This document shows, piece after piece, positions 31,201 through 40,366 of a stretch of 64,000 nucleotides of DNA (position 1 is the stretch's first letter; each line of letters opens with the position of its first letter). The stretch spans positions 39,168 to 103,167 of the forward strand of contig JAPPJC010000049.1 in the NCBI GenBank assembly GCA_028820455.1. Reading direction: 5' to 3'. The position numbers and the translations under genes were made by a program. The notes below the pieces were generated by a model that saw only the letters and a list, made by a program, of their open reading frames with translations, was not told where the DNA came from and made no database searches. The stretch comes from Acidimicrobiaceae bacterium. Its GTDB lineage: Bacteria > Actinomycetota > Acidimicrobiia > Acidimicrobiales > Aldehydirespiratoraceae.

Positions 31201-31593
31201 CTCAAGCCCGGCAACAGTGACCCCACCAAGCAACAACCCTGTAGACCGGCGGTTGGCCTCCAACAGTTTCACCACCCCTGCTGGCATCGACCGAAGCTCC
31301 GCCACCGCCGCCTCAACCCGACCCGCATCAAGCCAAGGCTCACCGTCAGGGCCGGGGTTGATTTTCAACAATGCTTCCCTGAGACGCCCCTCCAGCAGCA
31401 CATCCCGCTCCGACGACCGGAAATCAACACCCCTCGAGTCCCATTCGGACCAGATCAGTGTCTCCCACCCGAGAGAGCGCAAATGTTCCAGAAGCGGCTG
31501 TTCCACCTGCTCCCATTCCAGTGAACCGAGGGAGGAGCTGGGAAGACGGTTCGTGAGCCGCTCCACGTGTTCCCGTTCCGGCTGAGAGGTCAC
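28240..31593 (-). CDS. hsdR: Type I restriction enzyme R subunit
   Basis: ORF 28240..31749. Helicase motif I GIIWHTQGSGKSLTMVF, DEAH box VLIDEAHRSQ, typical N- and C-terminal HsdR regions. The likely start is GTG 31593, with AAGGTGG 8 nt upstream (alternative 31605). Confidence 0.93.
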   Translation of the reverse strand: MTSQPEREHVERLTNRLPSSSLGSLEWEQVEQPLLEHLRSLGWETLIWSEWDSRGVDFRSSERDVLLEGRLREALLKINPGPDGEPWLDAGRVEAAVAELRSMPAGVVKLLEANRRSTGLLLGGVTVAGLEGWDGGRDQTVDYVDWDNWEANDFLAVSQFTVATPGQAPDIRPDVTLFVNGIPMVVIEAKSPGPDSAIVDAVDQLRRYANQRDSEIVEGAEQLFWTNQFTVATTGERAEAATFSALPEHYMAWKDSYPATVAEVAASRGKPVEAVTQQELLVVGMLTPERLLDIVRHFTLFVGSVTGRSVKIVGRYQQYRGVHKASKRLIEGDTRVADGHIDRRGGIIWHTQGSGKSLTMVFLIRAMRSHPDLRRFKIVLVTDRTDLEKQLGDTAALTGETVRVARNATEVRDLLSRPGPGVVMAMIQKYRDTGNPSPSSSGLSDAERFETLNEAGEILVLIDEAHRSQASLLHANLMNALPNAARIGFTGTPIIMGARKKTMEIFGNYLDRYTLRQSEADGSTVPIFYEGRTTDAAVRGASRMDDLFLRWFDGLSDDQRSTLQRRYATAAQVLEAPELITAKAKNMLRHYVSTVMPDGFKAMVVATSREACLRYHEALNEARDELVAEVEQFLESGGLSDGLSGRSSGGVPAGSSDHDESFLRAAADRIDMIRALDFAPVISGDHNDPPRYAQWTAKQSQQDSIARFKLPLGPADDDKYSPLALLIVKSMLLTGFDAPGAQAIYLDRLIQEAELLQAVARVNRTAPRKRHGLVVDYYGVSAQLTQALAAYSRDDGWLDPDVDVALRPLTSEIDKLDPQRERIRQLFVQHGVEPAAADDNIEACVQLLADERLRAEFDEALRVFLGTFDTVLPRPQTLPFVDDVGLFGEIQIRVRRRYRDTPDGDFDPHKYKEKVRRLLDSHITALDLSHKIEPVRITAPEFAVHVNEISSARAKASEMEHAIRFHIREHLDEDPVYFRKLSKRVDEILERLKDRWEQIALEFHELVEEVNAGHSDENHTGLDPTTELPFHNVMAERVASSAPDTAGRLINLTGGLTTEIHRTVRVVGFWDNPTKQDGLRKHIKRTLDASDLFNYNSLDQLAVELLELTKANRYRLR

Positions 31594-31687
31594 AACGGGT
31601 ACCACCTTACAGGGTGATCGTTGATCTTCCAACAAAGGCCATTTTCTACGCATCCTCCCCGCAGATGTACTATAACACACGAAACAC
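31491..31687. repeat. hsdR 5' end/leader (copy 1) fused to a vapC 3'-end scar
   Basis: 31491-31645 is about 88% identical by eye to 32576-32733. On the + strand, 31633-31675 reads KGHFLRILPADVL*, matching the last codons of vapC at 33379-33421 (KGHPLRILPADAL*). Confidence 0.8.
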
Positions 31688-31901
31688 GGCGGGCTCCACG
31701 GTGGATGCGACTTTAGACACAAGCGGCTATAAAATGACAAACGTGACAAACGTGACCGAACCGATGGGGTTTACGCCTATGATACGACGTCTACGTTTTG
31801 ACGAGCGTCGGTGGGATATCGTTGTCGACGGAAGACATCGACATCAGAATAGGCTTCCCATCGGTGTTCAGACCTTTAAGGTTGCATTGCCGGCCATCTG
31901 A

Positions 31902-32168
31902 ATGTACGATCTTCATATGATTGAGATGGCAGTGAGCGAGGCACGAAACCGGCTGGCCGAAATGATTGAAGAGTCTCGTCGGTTGGGTGAGCCGATCTCG
32001 ATAACACGACACGGCCGACGGGTTGCTGTCATCGTGGATTCTGCTGCTTTCGACCGGCTTATTGGCAGCTTGGATGACATCGAGGATCGCCGTGAGCTTG
32101 ACATCGCGCGAGCCGATGACGACTACGTGCCCTGGGATAAGGTCAAGGCTACGCTGGAACTTGAGTGA
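31902..32168 (+). CDS. Phd/YefM-family antitoxin
   Basis: MAVSEARNRLAEMIEESRRLGEPISITRHGRRVAVIVDSAAFDRL is the typical Phd/YefM fold signature. 4-nt overlap with the downstream toxin. Confidence 0.85.
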   Translation: MYDLHMIEMAVSEARNRLAEMIEESRRLGEPISITRHGRRVAVIVDSAAFDRLIGSLDDIEDRRELDIARADDDYVPWDKVKATLELE

Positions 32169-32428
32169 GCCGATACACCGTTGTGATCGCCCGGCGGGCA
32201 ATCAAATCGATTGCCAGGTTGCAACGTAAGGAACAACAACGGATTCGAGTGGCAATAGATCTGCTGGCCACCGAGCCGCGACCCCCTGGTAGTGTCGCTC
32301 TCACAGGTGAGGAATCCGTGTACCGAGTGCGCGTCGGTGACTACCGGATCTTGTATGAAATCATTGACACTCGCTTGGTGATTCAGGTGATACGTGTTGG
32401 GCATCGCCGTGATGTCTATCGATCCTGA
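32165..32428 (+). CDS. RelE/ParE-family toxin
   Basis: 87 aa. ...YRVRVGDYRILYEIIDTRLVIQVIRVGHRRDVYR is the typical RelE/ParE C-terminus. GTGA overlap with the antitoxin. Confidence 0.85.
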   Translation: MSRYTVVIARRAIKSIARLQRKEQQRIRVAIDLLATEPRPPGSVALTGEESVYRVRVGDYRILYEIIDTRLVIQVIRVGHRRDVYRS

Positions 32429-32575
32429 CAAAGCTGACCATAACGACACTCATCCATCGTAGCAGGGTCTTGTATGCTCATCATCGGATTTAATAGCAAC
32501 AGTGTATGTCGCGCCGAGCTTCAATCGACGAGTAGCTCCCGATAAGCCCCACGACTGAGCTAGAAACTCTGGTAG

Positions 32576-32733
32576 GAAGCGGCTGTTCCACCCGCTCCCA
32601 TTTCGGCGAACCGAGGGAGGAGCTGGGAAGACAGTTCGTGGGCCGCTCCACGTGTTCCCATTCCGGCTGAGAGATCGCAACGGGTATCACCTTACAGGGT
32701 GATCATTGATCTTCCAAAGACCCGGGCCATTTG
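32576..32733 (-). repeat. Duplicated hsdR 5' end/leader (copy 2, truncated)
   Basis: The minus strand reads ...SQPEWEHVERPTNCLPSSSLGSPKWERVEQPL, parallel to hsdR's SQPEREHVERLTNRLPSSSLGSLEWEQVEQPL. No hsdR body follows. Confidence 0.8.
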
Positions 32734-32780
32734 CAGACCTCTCAGCCGAACTTGTAACAATATATGCTACAATATATTGT

Positions 32781-33008
32781 ATGAAGCAGACAACGATATA
32801 CCTACCGGACGACCTCAAACGTAGACTGAACCGGATCTCCCGGCAAGACCGCCGAACAGAGGCATCCATTGTGCGCGAAGCACTCGACGACTGGTTGAAA
32901 CACCGAGAGGTGGAACCCACCACACCTCTGTTCGCACAGGGATGGGGGGATCCCACACTAGCTGAACGTGTGGACGAACTCCTATCCGAGACAGGCTTCG
33001 GAGAATGA
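32781..33008 (+). CDS. Ribbon-helix-helix (CopG-type) antitoxin
   Basis: MKQTTIYLPDDLKRRLNRISRQDRRTEASIVREALDDWL. 4-nt overlap with the PIN toxin. The tracked ORF starts at 32706, but ATG 32781 fits the RHH N-terminus. Confidence 0.8.
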   Translation: MKQTTIYLPDDLKRRLNRISRQDRRTEASIVREALDDWLKHREVEPTTPLFAQGWGDPTLAERVDELLSETGFGE

Positions 33009-33421
33009 TCCTCGACACTAGCCTATTGTTAGCCGCTTTCGTCCCGGACCAGCAGATGCACGAGGCTTGCGCGCGGATTCTCGTTTCAGCCCGCCCGAGG
33101 GTTGTGTCACCGCTGGTGCTCGCAGAACTCGACTATCTGACAGCCCGACTTGCCGGTGTGGACGCTGAACTTCTATTGCTTTCAGAGTTGTGCTCCGGCG
33201 CGTACGAGTTGGCGGCATTCACTTTTGACGATCTGGAGCGTGCGAAAGACCTGGTGAAACGCTACCGAGATCTTCCGCTGGGCCTGACCGACGCCTCACT
33301 TGTCGTACTCGCAGACCGGTACGGAACAGACACCATCGGATCGCTCGACCAACGACATTTCCGCGTCGTGCAGTCACTCAAAGGCCACCCTCTACGCATC
33401 CTCCCCGCAGATGCGCTATAA
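33005..33421 (+). CDS. vapC: PIN-domain toxin
   Basis: 138 aa. MILDTSLLLAAF (first acidic residue), LVLAELDY, LGLTDASLVVLA, SLDQRHF. Confidence 0.85.
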   Translation: MILDTSLLLAAFVPDQQMHEACARILVSARPRVVSPLVLAELDYLTARLAGVDAELLLLSELCSGAYELAAFTFDDLERAKDLVKRYRDLPLGLTDASLVVLADRYGTDTIGSLDQRHFRVVQSLKGHPLRILPADAL

Positions 33422-33653
33422 CGCACGAGACACCTTGGAACTGCAATGTAAACAGTGATCTCAACAGACTCACCGGATTGAAGCATTACTCCAGCGTAAC
33501 GTCACATCTGGGCCATGACGTTTCTGCATGTAACTGCACCGGTCGCTATTCGGTGGTGATTTCCAACAAGTCGTTAACGAGTTGTGCTGTTTCGTCGTGC
33601 TGTGATCGTATAACGTTTGTGAAGGTCTCGACTCATCCACACCATCAACCGGG

Positions 33654-33941
33654 TTGGGCATAGACTTGTGTGCTTCACCCCAGTCGTTCTCGTCAGATGG
33701 TCGGCATGCAGGTGTGGAGATTTCAGGATTAGGAGCAGAGGAGCTAATTCAAACCAACGACAAAGCCAAACGCTTTCACCGGACTCTGCTCGAAGAATGG
33801 GCCTACATACGAAACCAGGCCTCACAAACACAACGCACAACAGTCCACAAAGGCTTCCTGCACTACTACAATCACCACAGAACCCACAGCGCACTCAAAT
33901 GAGCCATACCCCCCGCATCCACCATCGGATACAACCTATGC
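33654..33941 (+). mobile_element. IS481-like transposase 3' remnant
   Basis: IQTNDKAKRFHRTLLEEWAY...YNHHRTHSALK is the C-terminal end of an rve integrase core. No N-terminal part. 33789-33941 is repeated in inverted orientation at 41130-41278. Confidence 0.7.
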
Positions 33942-34236
33942 GAAACACACAATTAGATACTCGTTCCCGGCATCCGCAGTCAAGCAGAAATCCTTTATTA
34001 AACTATTAAACCTTGTTTTCTTTGAGGAATCTGATCCAGGCTCGGGTTGGTATACCCGCCAGTGGACGGTTGAGCATGTTGTCGACCCAATCGTTCATGA
34101 ATCCTATCCTTGCAATGCGGCCGAAATTGCCTCCACCATCGTAGGCCGGTCTATCGGACGTATGACTCCGTTGCCGATAGGGTGCATTGATCTCCGGCGA
34201 AGCGATACTGCGATCCGATTTTGACTTGCGACGATA

Positions 34237-34785
34237 TTACCACCAATGGTTACGGTGCTCAGCGACATTACGGGCCGACCAGAGGCCTGGGGAATCGACG
34301 AGTGGAACACCAGAAAGTACATTCGAGAGATGCCAAGGAACTACCACCAGTAGATCCCAGGACGTGCAAGCCGCTGGTGTTACCGTGTAGCGGAAGCTTG
34401 GCTCAGCTTCCTTTGCTAGCACATACCAGCTTTTGAGTTCAATGCCCAACGCCACATCAAAGTCATCGGAGGCTAGTTGCCTTCTCAGCAGCACATCCGG
34501 GAAGGTCTGGGCTTGCCGGTCAAACCTATACAGAGGCCACTCGTCGTTGGGATCCCACACGTCTCGAATCCGATTCAGCGTGTTGACGACTTGTACCTCA
34601 ATAGTAGTTCCCAGCATAGTGTTCAGTGCGAACAGGTCACTAGCGTCAATCCCTTCAATGTTCGTTGACGAGCTAAAGTAGCCTGGAAGAGCCATAAGTG
34701 CTTCCCTCACACGATGCATCAAAGGCGTGCGCGGGTCATCAGGATCAGGTGTTCGATCGATGGGCTGAGCAGGAATCTTGGCCAC
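34237..34785 (-). CDS. Putative type II restriction endonuclease (PD-ExK)
   Basis: 182 aa, 10 nt downstream of the methyltransferase on the same strand. FPDVLL...x...GIELKSWY fits a PD-(D/E)xK core. Confidence 0.55.
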   Translation of the reverse strand: MAKIPAQPIDRTPDPDDPRTPLMHRVREALMALPGYFSSSTNIEGIDASDLFALNTMLGTTIEVQVVNTLNRIRDVWDPNDEWPLYRFDRQAQTFPDVLLRRQLASDDFDVALGIELKSWYVLAKEAEPSFRYTVTPAACTSWDLLVVVPWHLSNVLSGVPLVDSPGLWSARNVAEHRNHWW

Positions 34786-34795
34786 GGAACTACGT

Positions 34796-35815
34796 TCAGG
34801 CGTTTGAGGTTAGCGGGTGTTGTTCGCTGACGGCTTTGAGTCGTTCAACCGCAAGATCCGCGAAGTGTTCAACCAGTTCCGCTGCGTATCCGTCTCGCCC
34901 GAGTTCCACCGCTGCGACCAGCGCGCTGCACAGTCCGCCGAAGGGCTCCCACACCATATCACCAGGGACGGTAGCTGCTGAAATGATCCGGCGCATGAAT
35001 TCCAGAGGCTTCTGATTCAGATGCACAGCGGCGTTGCGTCCCGGCCGATGCACACGAGGGGCAGAACGCACACCGTTGCCTTTGTAACGTTCGCCACCGT
35101 TCAGCGGCGGCACCGACCAGACGTTGGTGATCCCATGGCTGTGACTCCACGTGCCGCGCAACTGCGCCCAATCGCTCAAGGTGGCCGGAACTGTCCCATC
35201 AAGTGAGTAGTATGGCCTCCCATCGGGTCTTCCATGTTCGTTGGCGTAAGCCACAAGACGCTGCATCATCTCGGGCGGCGGAAGATACCACAGCCAGTCC
35301 TGAGTCAGATATTTGCGGGTTGCGGCATTGGCCACCCCACAAGCCGCGTTCGCTCTGTTCAACGGCAGCCCGGTACGCTGCCATTCATAACGTAACCATT
35401 GTTTCGCCGACATCGCCCCGCTGGGCGTGTTGAATTCCAATCGACGCCGATAGAACACACACACCTCAGTCACCACGGGAAACTGTCTGATCGTGTCACT
35501 GTTCACGTTGCCCGCGATGTGAGCGACACCTTTGTCCCACACAATGGTCTGCACATATTCCCAGCCGTGGCGTATCAACACTGGATGAACAGTCGCCCAA
35601 CCCAGCTCGGTGTTCCAAAACCACAAGGTCGAAGCCGCTTGAGCGTGTCTACTCCACGATTCCACGTGCGGCTCGTACCAATCGGCCAGGTCATTCGTTG
35701 TGCGAGGATCGCCCGGGAAGCCACCAACACCATAGGCACCGTCGGAGATGATGACCGAAGGCGTAGGCCAATGAGAGTAGGCATCAAGAGCATCACCCCG
35801 AAACACCGACCACAT
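34796..35815 (-). CDS. Beta-class N6/N4 DNA methyltransferase
   Basis: ORF extends to 35989; the probable start is MWSVFRGD at 35815. N-terminal VIISDGAYGVGG sits where the DPPY motif is expected. C-terminal VWEPFGGLCSALVAAVELGR is the AdoMet motif I. VWDKG is typical of the family. Confidence 0.8.
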   Translation of the reverse strand: MWSVFRGDALDAYSHWPTPSVIISDGAYGVGGFPGDPRTTNDLADWYEPHVESWSRHAQAASTLWFWNTELGWATVHPVLIRHGWEYVQTIVWDKGVAHIAGNVNSDTIRQFPVVTEVCVFYRRRLEFNTPSGAMSAKQWLRYEWQRTGLPLNRANAACGVANAATRKYLTQDWLWYLPPPEMMQRLVAYANEHGRPDGRPYYSLDGTVPATLSDWAQLRGTWSHSHGITNVWSVPPLNGGERYKGNGVRSAPRVHRPGRNAAVHLNQKPLEFMRRIISAATVPGDMVWEPFGGLCSALVAAVELGRDGYAAELVEHFADLAVERLKAVSEQHPLTSNA

Positions 35816-36772
35816 GCTTCCTCGGGTGTCCTCTTTGGGGGAGTTCGTTTGGCAAGTGTTTTCCTGTTGAGGACGCTTTTTCCACTGAATCGTCTTTTTG
35901 GGTATCGACTCGGATGCATTTTTCTTCAGTGTGTTTAAATTACTCGACACCTGTCCTATTTCACTTTGCACAAATGGTAGTCTACGCATCTCACCACCCG
36001 TTCACTTTCATTCTTGCCTTTTCAGCGCGACTTACCCGGTGGCGGCGACGTTCGAAGATGAAATCCATATCTGTTCATCCTTATTCTTGCCATTTTACAG
36101 CGACCGCTCCGATTGCTTTACCCGTTCCGGCCATGGCGTTGTCATTCCACAATGTATTATAATATTGTAATCGCAAGCACATATATTTACAATACGTGAA
36201 AATCACTGTAAAATACTAAAATATTTCTAATCCATTGCATATGCAGGTTGCCAACAGTCTGTGAAACGACAAACAATCCGCAGTCGAAGAATTGGCTGCA
36301 AACCAGATGGTGTCGGTGAGTTTCACAGCTGTGCGTGGTGAGTGCTTTGCTATAACACGGCGCACGCATGCGCGTCCAGGGTATTTTCAACTCTGTTGGG
36401 CCGGTCCAGCGTGTCAGGGTTTCACGTAGGCCCTCGTTGTTGGTGAGCCTGTCACTCACGGTTCGTTCCAAGACTGGGTGATACTGCTAGCAGCGCATCT
36501 CGTAGGCGGTTGGCTGTCTTGGTGGCGTCAGCAGCGAGGTCGGTGTCACGGGCGTTGAGTATGCGCAGGTGTGTAAGCATCTCATCTGATGGTTCATGCC
36601 AACTGAGACGATCCGTGTTGCGTCTAGCACAAGATGGAAATCATATGAATAGATATGAAATAGTTGATGACAGCTTCGCCGTTGTGTATACTCCAATCAT
36701 GTTCACTGAAATAGCTCAACAAGAAGTGGGTCTGCTAGCTACAAATAGTATCAAGAAGAGGGAAAAGAAACT

Positions 36773-39022
36773 GTGAATCACAGATCGCTCAAGATAATAC
36801 GAGGTAGGAACACCAAACCAGCAGCTACAGAGATGCTGATAAATGAAGTGGAGCGCACGGATATTCGAGGAGAGCTTATTATCGGTTTTCCTATTGTAAA
36901 GTCATCGGATGGCCCTCACCTCATTGATGCGACCCTGATATCACCAGACTTGGGTGTCGTATGCCTCGACATAATCGAAGGGAGCGATCCGCGAGGACAC
37001 AGAGAACGTCAAGATGATATGTACACCTCAATGCACTCTCAGTTGTTCATGCATAGATCTCTGATCAAACGGCGTTCGCTAACTGTTCCTATCGTCACAG
37101 CTTCATATGCTCCCGCTGTTTCCCGCACGAACACCCCGGACATCAACCGCACATCCGGAGACAAGAATGACTCACCGCCTGGGGTTGAAGAATATCCACT
37201 ATTAGAGGAGGGACGTCTATATTCATGGATATCTGGTATCACTGATCGTGACAAGATCACAGATGACATATACAGGCAAACTCTTTCTGTCTTGCAGAAT
37301 ATAGCCACCATCCGATCTTCCACGAATAAACGCCATATCAAGAAACCGGACTCAAGAGGAGCACGGCTTCAGGAACTAGAAAAATCCATAGCAACATTAG
37401 ACCATCAACAGAGCCGAGCTGTGATTGAAACCACCGACGGTGTTCAGAGAATCAGAGGTTTGGCAGGTTCAGGCAAAACAATAGTGCTAGCCCTGAAAGC
37501 GGCATACTTGCATGCACGTTATCCAGAATGGAAAATAGCTGTCACATACCACACTAGATCCCTTAAAGCGTATCTCACTCAACTCATAGAAGGCTTTTTC
37601 ATCAGCAAAATGCAGGAACACCCCAACTGGGATAATCTTCGTATACTCAACGCATGGGGAGCACCAGGGGCATCCGACCGCGAAGGCATATACCACGAAT
37701 TCTGTAATCGCAACAATGTCGATTATCTGAATTTCAGGCTAGCCAGGCAACAATTCGGGCAGGAACAAGCATTCCAGAGGGCTGTGGATTTGGCTCTCAG
37801 TAAGACTGACCAGCCGGATGCGGTGTACAACGCTGTTCTCGTAGATGAAGCTCAGGATCTGCCGCCTGCTTTTCTGAGGCTCTGCTATGAGATCCTCCGT
37901 GAGCCGAAAAATCTTGTGTATGCCTATGATGAGCTGCAGAAACTCACTGATACTAGAATGCAACCACCTGAAGAGATATTCGGTTCAAAAAACGGCGAAC
38001 CCCGCGTTGTTCTCGAAACCGGTCACGATGGTTCTGAAAGCAAGAAGGACATCATCCTCAACAAATGCTACAGAAACTCTCGTCCTATCCTAGTTGCGGC
38101 ACACAGTCTCGGATTCGGTGTGTACCGTGAAGACTCTCACAACACGGAATCGCTGTTTGGCACGAACATGGAACGTGCTGTTGAAAACAGTAAATCAGGT
38201 TTGATCCAAATGTTTGATTACCCGGAATTATGGGAAGATATCGGCTATGAATGTACAAGCGGAAGCCTTTCACTCGGTAGTGATGTGACCCTCATAAGAA
38301 CTTCCGGGACAAGCCCTAAATTCTTGGAAGAACATTCGCCGATCGACGATATTGTCAAGTTTCAATTGTGTTCCAATGAAGACGAGCAAGCTGAGTGGGT
38401 TGCCAACGAAATAGAATCCAACCTCACGCTTGATGAACTCAACTACAACGACATCATGATCATACATACTAATCCCAGACTGTCACGCGCCAAACTCGCC
38501 AAAGTCCGCAAAGCTCTCTTGGACAGGAAAATACAAAACCATCATGCTGGTGTTGACACGAAACCGGACTATTTCAACAAGCCGAATTCCATTACATGCA
38601 CAGGTATTCACAGAGCAAAAGGCAATGAAGCTGCGATGGTGTACGTCATAAATGCTGAAGACTGCTATTACAGCTCAAATAGCCTGTCTAGTATACGCAA
38701 CAGGTTATTCACCGCGATCACTCGCAGTAAAGCCTGGGTCAGAGTTGTTGGTATCGGGCGTGGAATGCGTGAGCTCACGAAAGAATACAACCGGCTGAAA
38801 GAAGCCGATTTTGAGCTTAGGTTCCGTTATCCCACAAGCGAAGAACTCAAGAAGCTCACGATTGTCCACCGTGATATGCCGGACACTGAGCGCAGGAACC
38901 TTGAGCAACGCCAGCAACATGTGGAGGCTCTGATCAATGATTTCAAAGAAAACCGCATCTACCTCGAAGATTTCGATGAACACCAGATAGAAGCTCTGCG
39001 TGCTTTTCTTGGCAGCAGGTGA
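36773..39022 (+). CDS. Superfamily 1 (UvrD/PcrA-like) helicase with uncharacterised N-terminal domain
   Basis: 749 aa. Walker A GLAGSGKTIVLALKAAY, VLVDEAQDLP, NKCYRNSRPIL, GIHRAKGNEAAMVYVI, RNRLFTAITRSKAW. The first ~200 aa are unassigned. Confidence 0.8.
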   Translation: MNHRSLKIIRGRNTKPAATEMLINEVERTDIRGELIIGFPIVKSSDGPHLIDATLISPDLGVVCLDIIEGSDPRGHRERQDDMYTSMHSQLFMHRSLIKRRSLTVPIVTASYAPAVSRTNTPDINRTSGDKNDSPPGVEEYPLLEEGRLYSWISGITDRDKITDDIYRQTLSVLQNIATIRSSTNKRHIKKPDSRGARLQELEKSIATLDHQQSRAVIETTDGVQRIRGLAGSGKTIVLALKAAYLHARYPEWKIAVTYHTRSLKAYLTQLIEGFFISKMQEHPNWDNLRILNAWGAPGASDREGIYHEFCNRNNVDYLNFRLARQQFGQEQAFQRAVDLALSKTDQPDAVYNAVLVDEAQDLPPAFLRLCYEILREPKNLVYAYDELQKLTDTRMQPPEEIFGSKNGEPRVVLETGHDGSESKKDIILNKCYRNSRPILVAAHSLGFGVYREDSHNTESLFGTNMERAVENSKSGLIQMFDYPELWEDIGYECTSGSLSLGSDVTLIRTSGTSPKFLEEHSPIDDIVKFQLCSNEDEQAEWVANEIESNLTLDELNYNDIMIIHTNPRLSRAKLAKVRKALLDRKIQNHHAGVDTKPDYFNKPNSITCTGIHRAKGNEAAMVYVINAEDCYYSSNSLSSIRNRLFTAITRSKAWVRVVGIGRGMRELTKEYNRLKEADFELRFRYPTSEELKKLTIVHRDMPDTERRNLEQRQQHVEALINDFKENRIYLEDFDEHQIEALRAFLGSR

Positions 39023-39031
39023 TCTGTAGGC

Positions 39032-39259
39032 ATGGCTGCACCCCGACATCGAATGGTTCTACGCGAGATCGAATCCATTACAACACACTTGGTGGGCACT
39101 GGACTGGTTGACGACCAGAACTCATCGTATGAAAATCGAATAGGTTCATCAAGATATGCGATTCAGTATCACAACTCTGGTTCGGCTGCGTCAGTCCTTG
39201 AAGACGCCAGTTATTCAGAGATGTATAAGAATCAGCAAGCGAGTAGGGCTTTCAACTGA
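39032..39259 (+). CDS. Hypothetical ORF, possibly the truncated 5' end of a helicase-linked gene
   Basis: 75 codons starting 10 nt after the helicase stop. No motif. Ends where convergent hicA ends. Confidence 0.25.
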   Translation: MAAPRHRMVLREIESITTHLVGTGLVDDQNSSYENRIGSSRYAIQYHNSGSAASVLEDASYSEMYKNQQASRAFN

Positions 39260-39437
39260 GAATACCCGACAGAGTCTTGACCTTGATGGGACTATGACGA
39301 GGGATGACTTCGTGATGTTCGTCGTTGAGTTGTGTTGTCATCCGTACATGGGAGCCGCGCTGCCGGGTGGGACGATATCCGAGTTTGCGAAGTGCTCTCT
39401 GGAGATCGGTTCCGCTTAGATCTCGGGGGAGTCTCAC
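39252..39437 (-). CDS. hicA: HicA-family toxin
   Basis: 61 aa. LSGTDLQRALRKLGYRPTRQRGSHVRM...IPRHSPIKVKTLSGIL is the typical HicA signature. Confidence 0.85.
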   Translation of the reverse strand: MRLPRDLSGTDLQRALRKLGYRPTRQRGSHVRMTTQLNDEHHEVIPRHSPIKVKTLSGILS

Positions 39438-39676
39438 AGAGCCAACACTTCGTCACGGACAAAATGTAGACGAATCAAATCGGGACACTCAGCAGTGTCA
39501 TCAAAATAACACTCGACGGCCTCTCTGACGTTTTCACGAACCTCCTGTATCGTGTCGCCTTCGGTGTGTATACCATACCCCAGGGCACTAGCCGAGTACC
39601 CGCCATCAACCTCGTCTTCGGTTACCTCAAAAATAATCTCAGACACGGTCGAGTTCACAGTTTTCTCCTTTCGCAC
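39434..39676 (-). CDS. hicB: HicB-like antitoxin
   Basis: 80 aa. EDEVDGGYSASALGYGIHTEGDTIQEVRENVREAVECYFDD is a HicB/UPF0150 N-domain. 4-nt overlap with hicA. Confidence 0.75.
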   Translation of the reverse strand: MRKEKTVNSTVSEIIFEVTEDEVDGGYSASALGYGIHTEGDTIQEVRENVREAVECYFDDTAECPDLIRLHFVRDEVLAL

Positions 39677-40366
39677 CCACTGGGGTGCACACTACATCCG
39701 ATGTTCTATCATACCTACGATAGTGTACAGAGGGCATTTTGTTTTGTAGCAGCGATTATCACCAAGTCCCACACGGCACGCCGAGACATGCGAGCTGTTA
39801 CCGTTCATCGAATCAGTCCATTCCACTGGCACAGAGAAGGCCCGGAAAACAGGGAAGCTGCGATCAACACAACTAACCGCTGAACCTCTGCTATGGTATC
39901 CGGGCACGCTCGCTGGTGTCGTGCGAGAGTATCTCACCAAAGAAACACTCGCATACTACGACCGCTTACTGCGACAACCGCGGCCGTTGTATCCGGGTGG
40001 AGGGGGGTAGTGGTTCAGGATTTGGCGGCTCCAGAGGTGCTCCTTTTCGACTGTGGTCAGAGTTGCGGTTTCGCAGATTTCGTTCCAGTGATATCTACAG
40101 GCAGCGCAACAAAGACCGAAGGTCAAAAAACACATCAAAACCTTATACCGCGAACGTCGGCCCATGGTTGGCAGAAGCATCGCGTGGGTTAAAAAGGGTA
40201 AAGCCAAACGGGTGCACTACCGGGGTGTCAAAGCCAACCACCAACGACCGCTTCCCGCGCGTTGTCTGCGGTGGAAGCTGCAACGACAGTAGGACGCAGA
40301 TAAGTCTTACGCTCGGATCATGCCGCCAGTGTCTGAGGGGTGGCAGCATGCGCAGGATCCTTTCGC

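Noticed and set aside
30703-31524. 273-aa plus-strand ORF, with several others between 28313 and 31585
   Set aside because: These are antisense shadow ORFs inside GC-rich hsdR. They are Arg/Pro-rich with no motifs.
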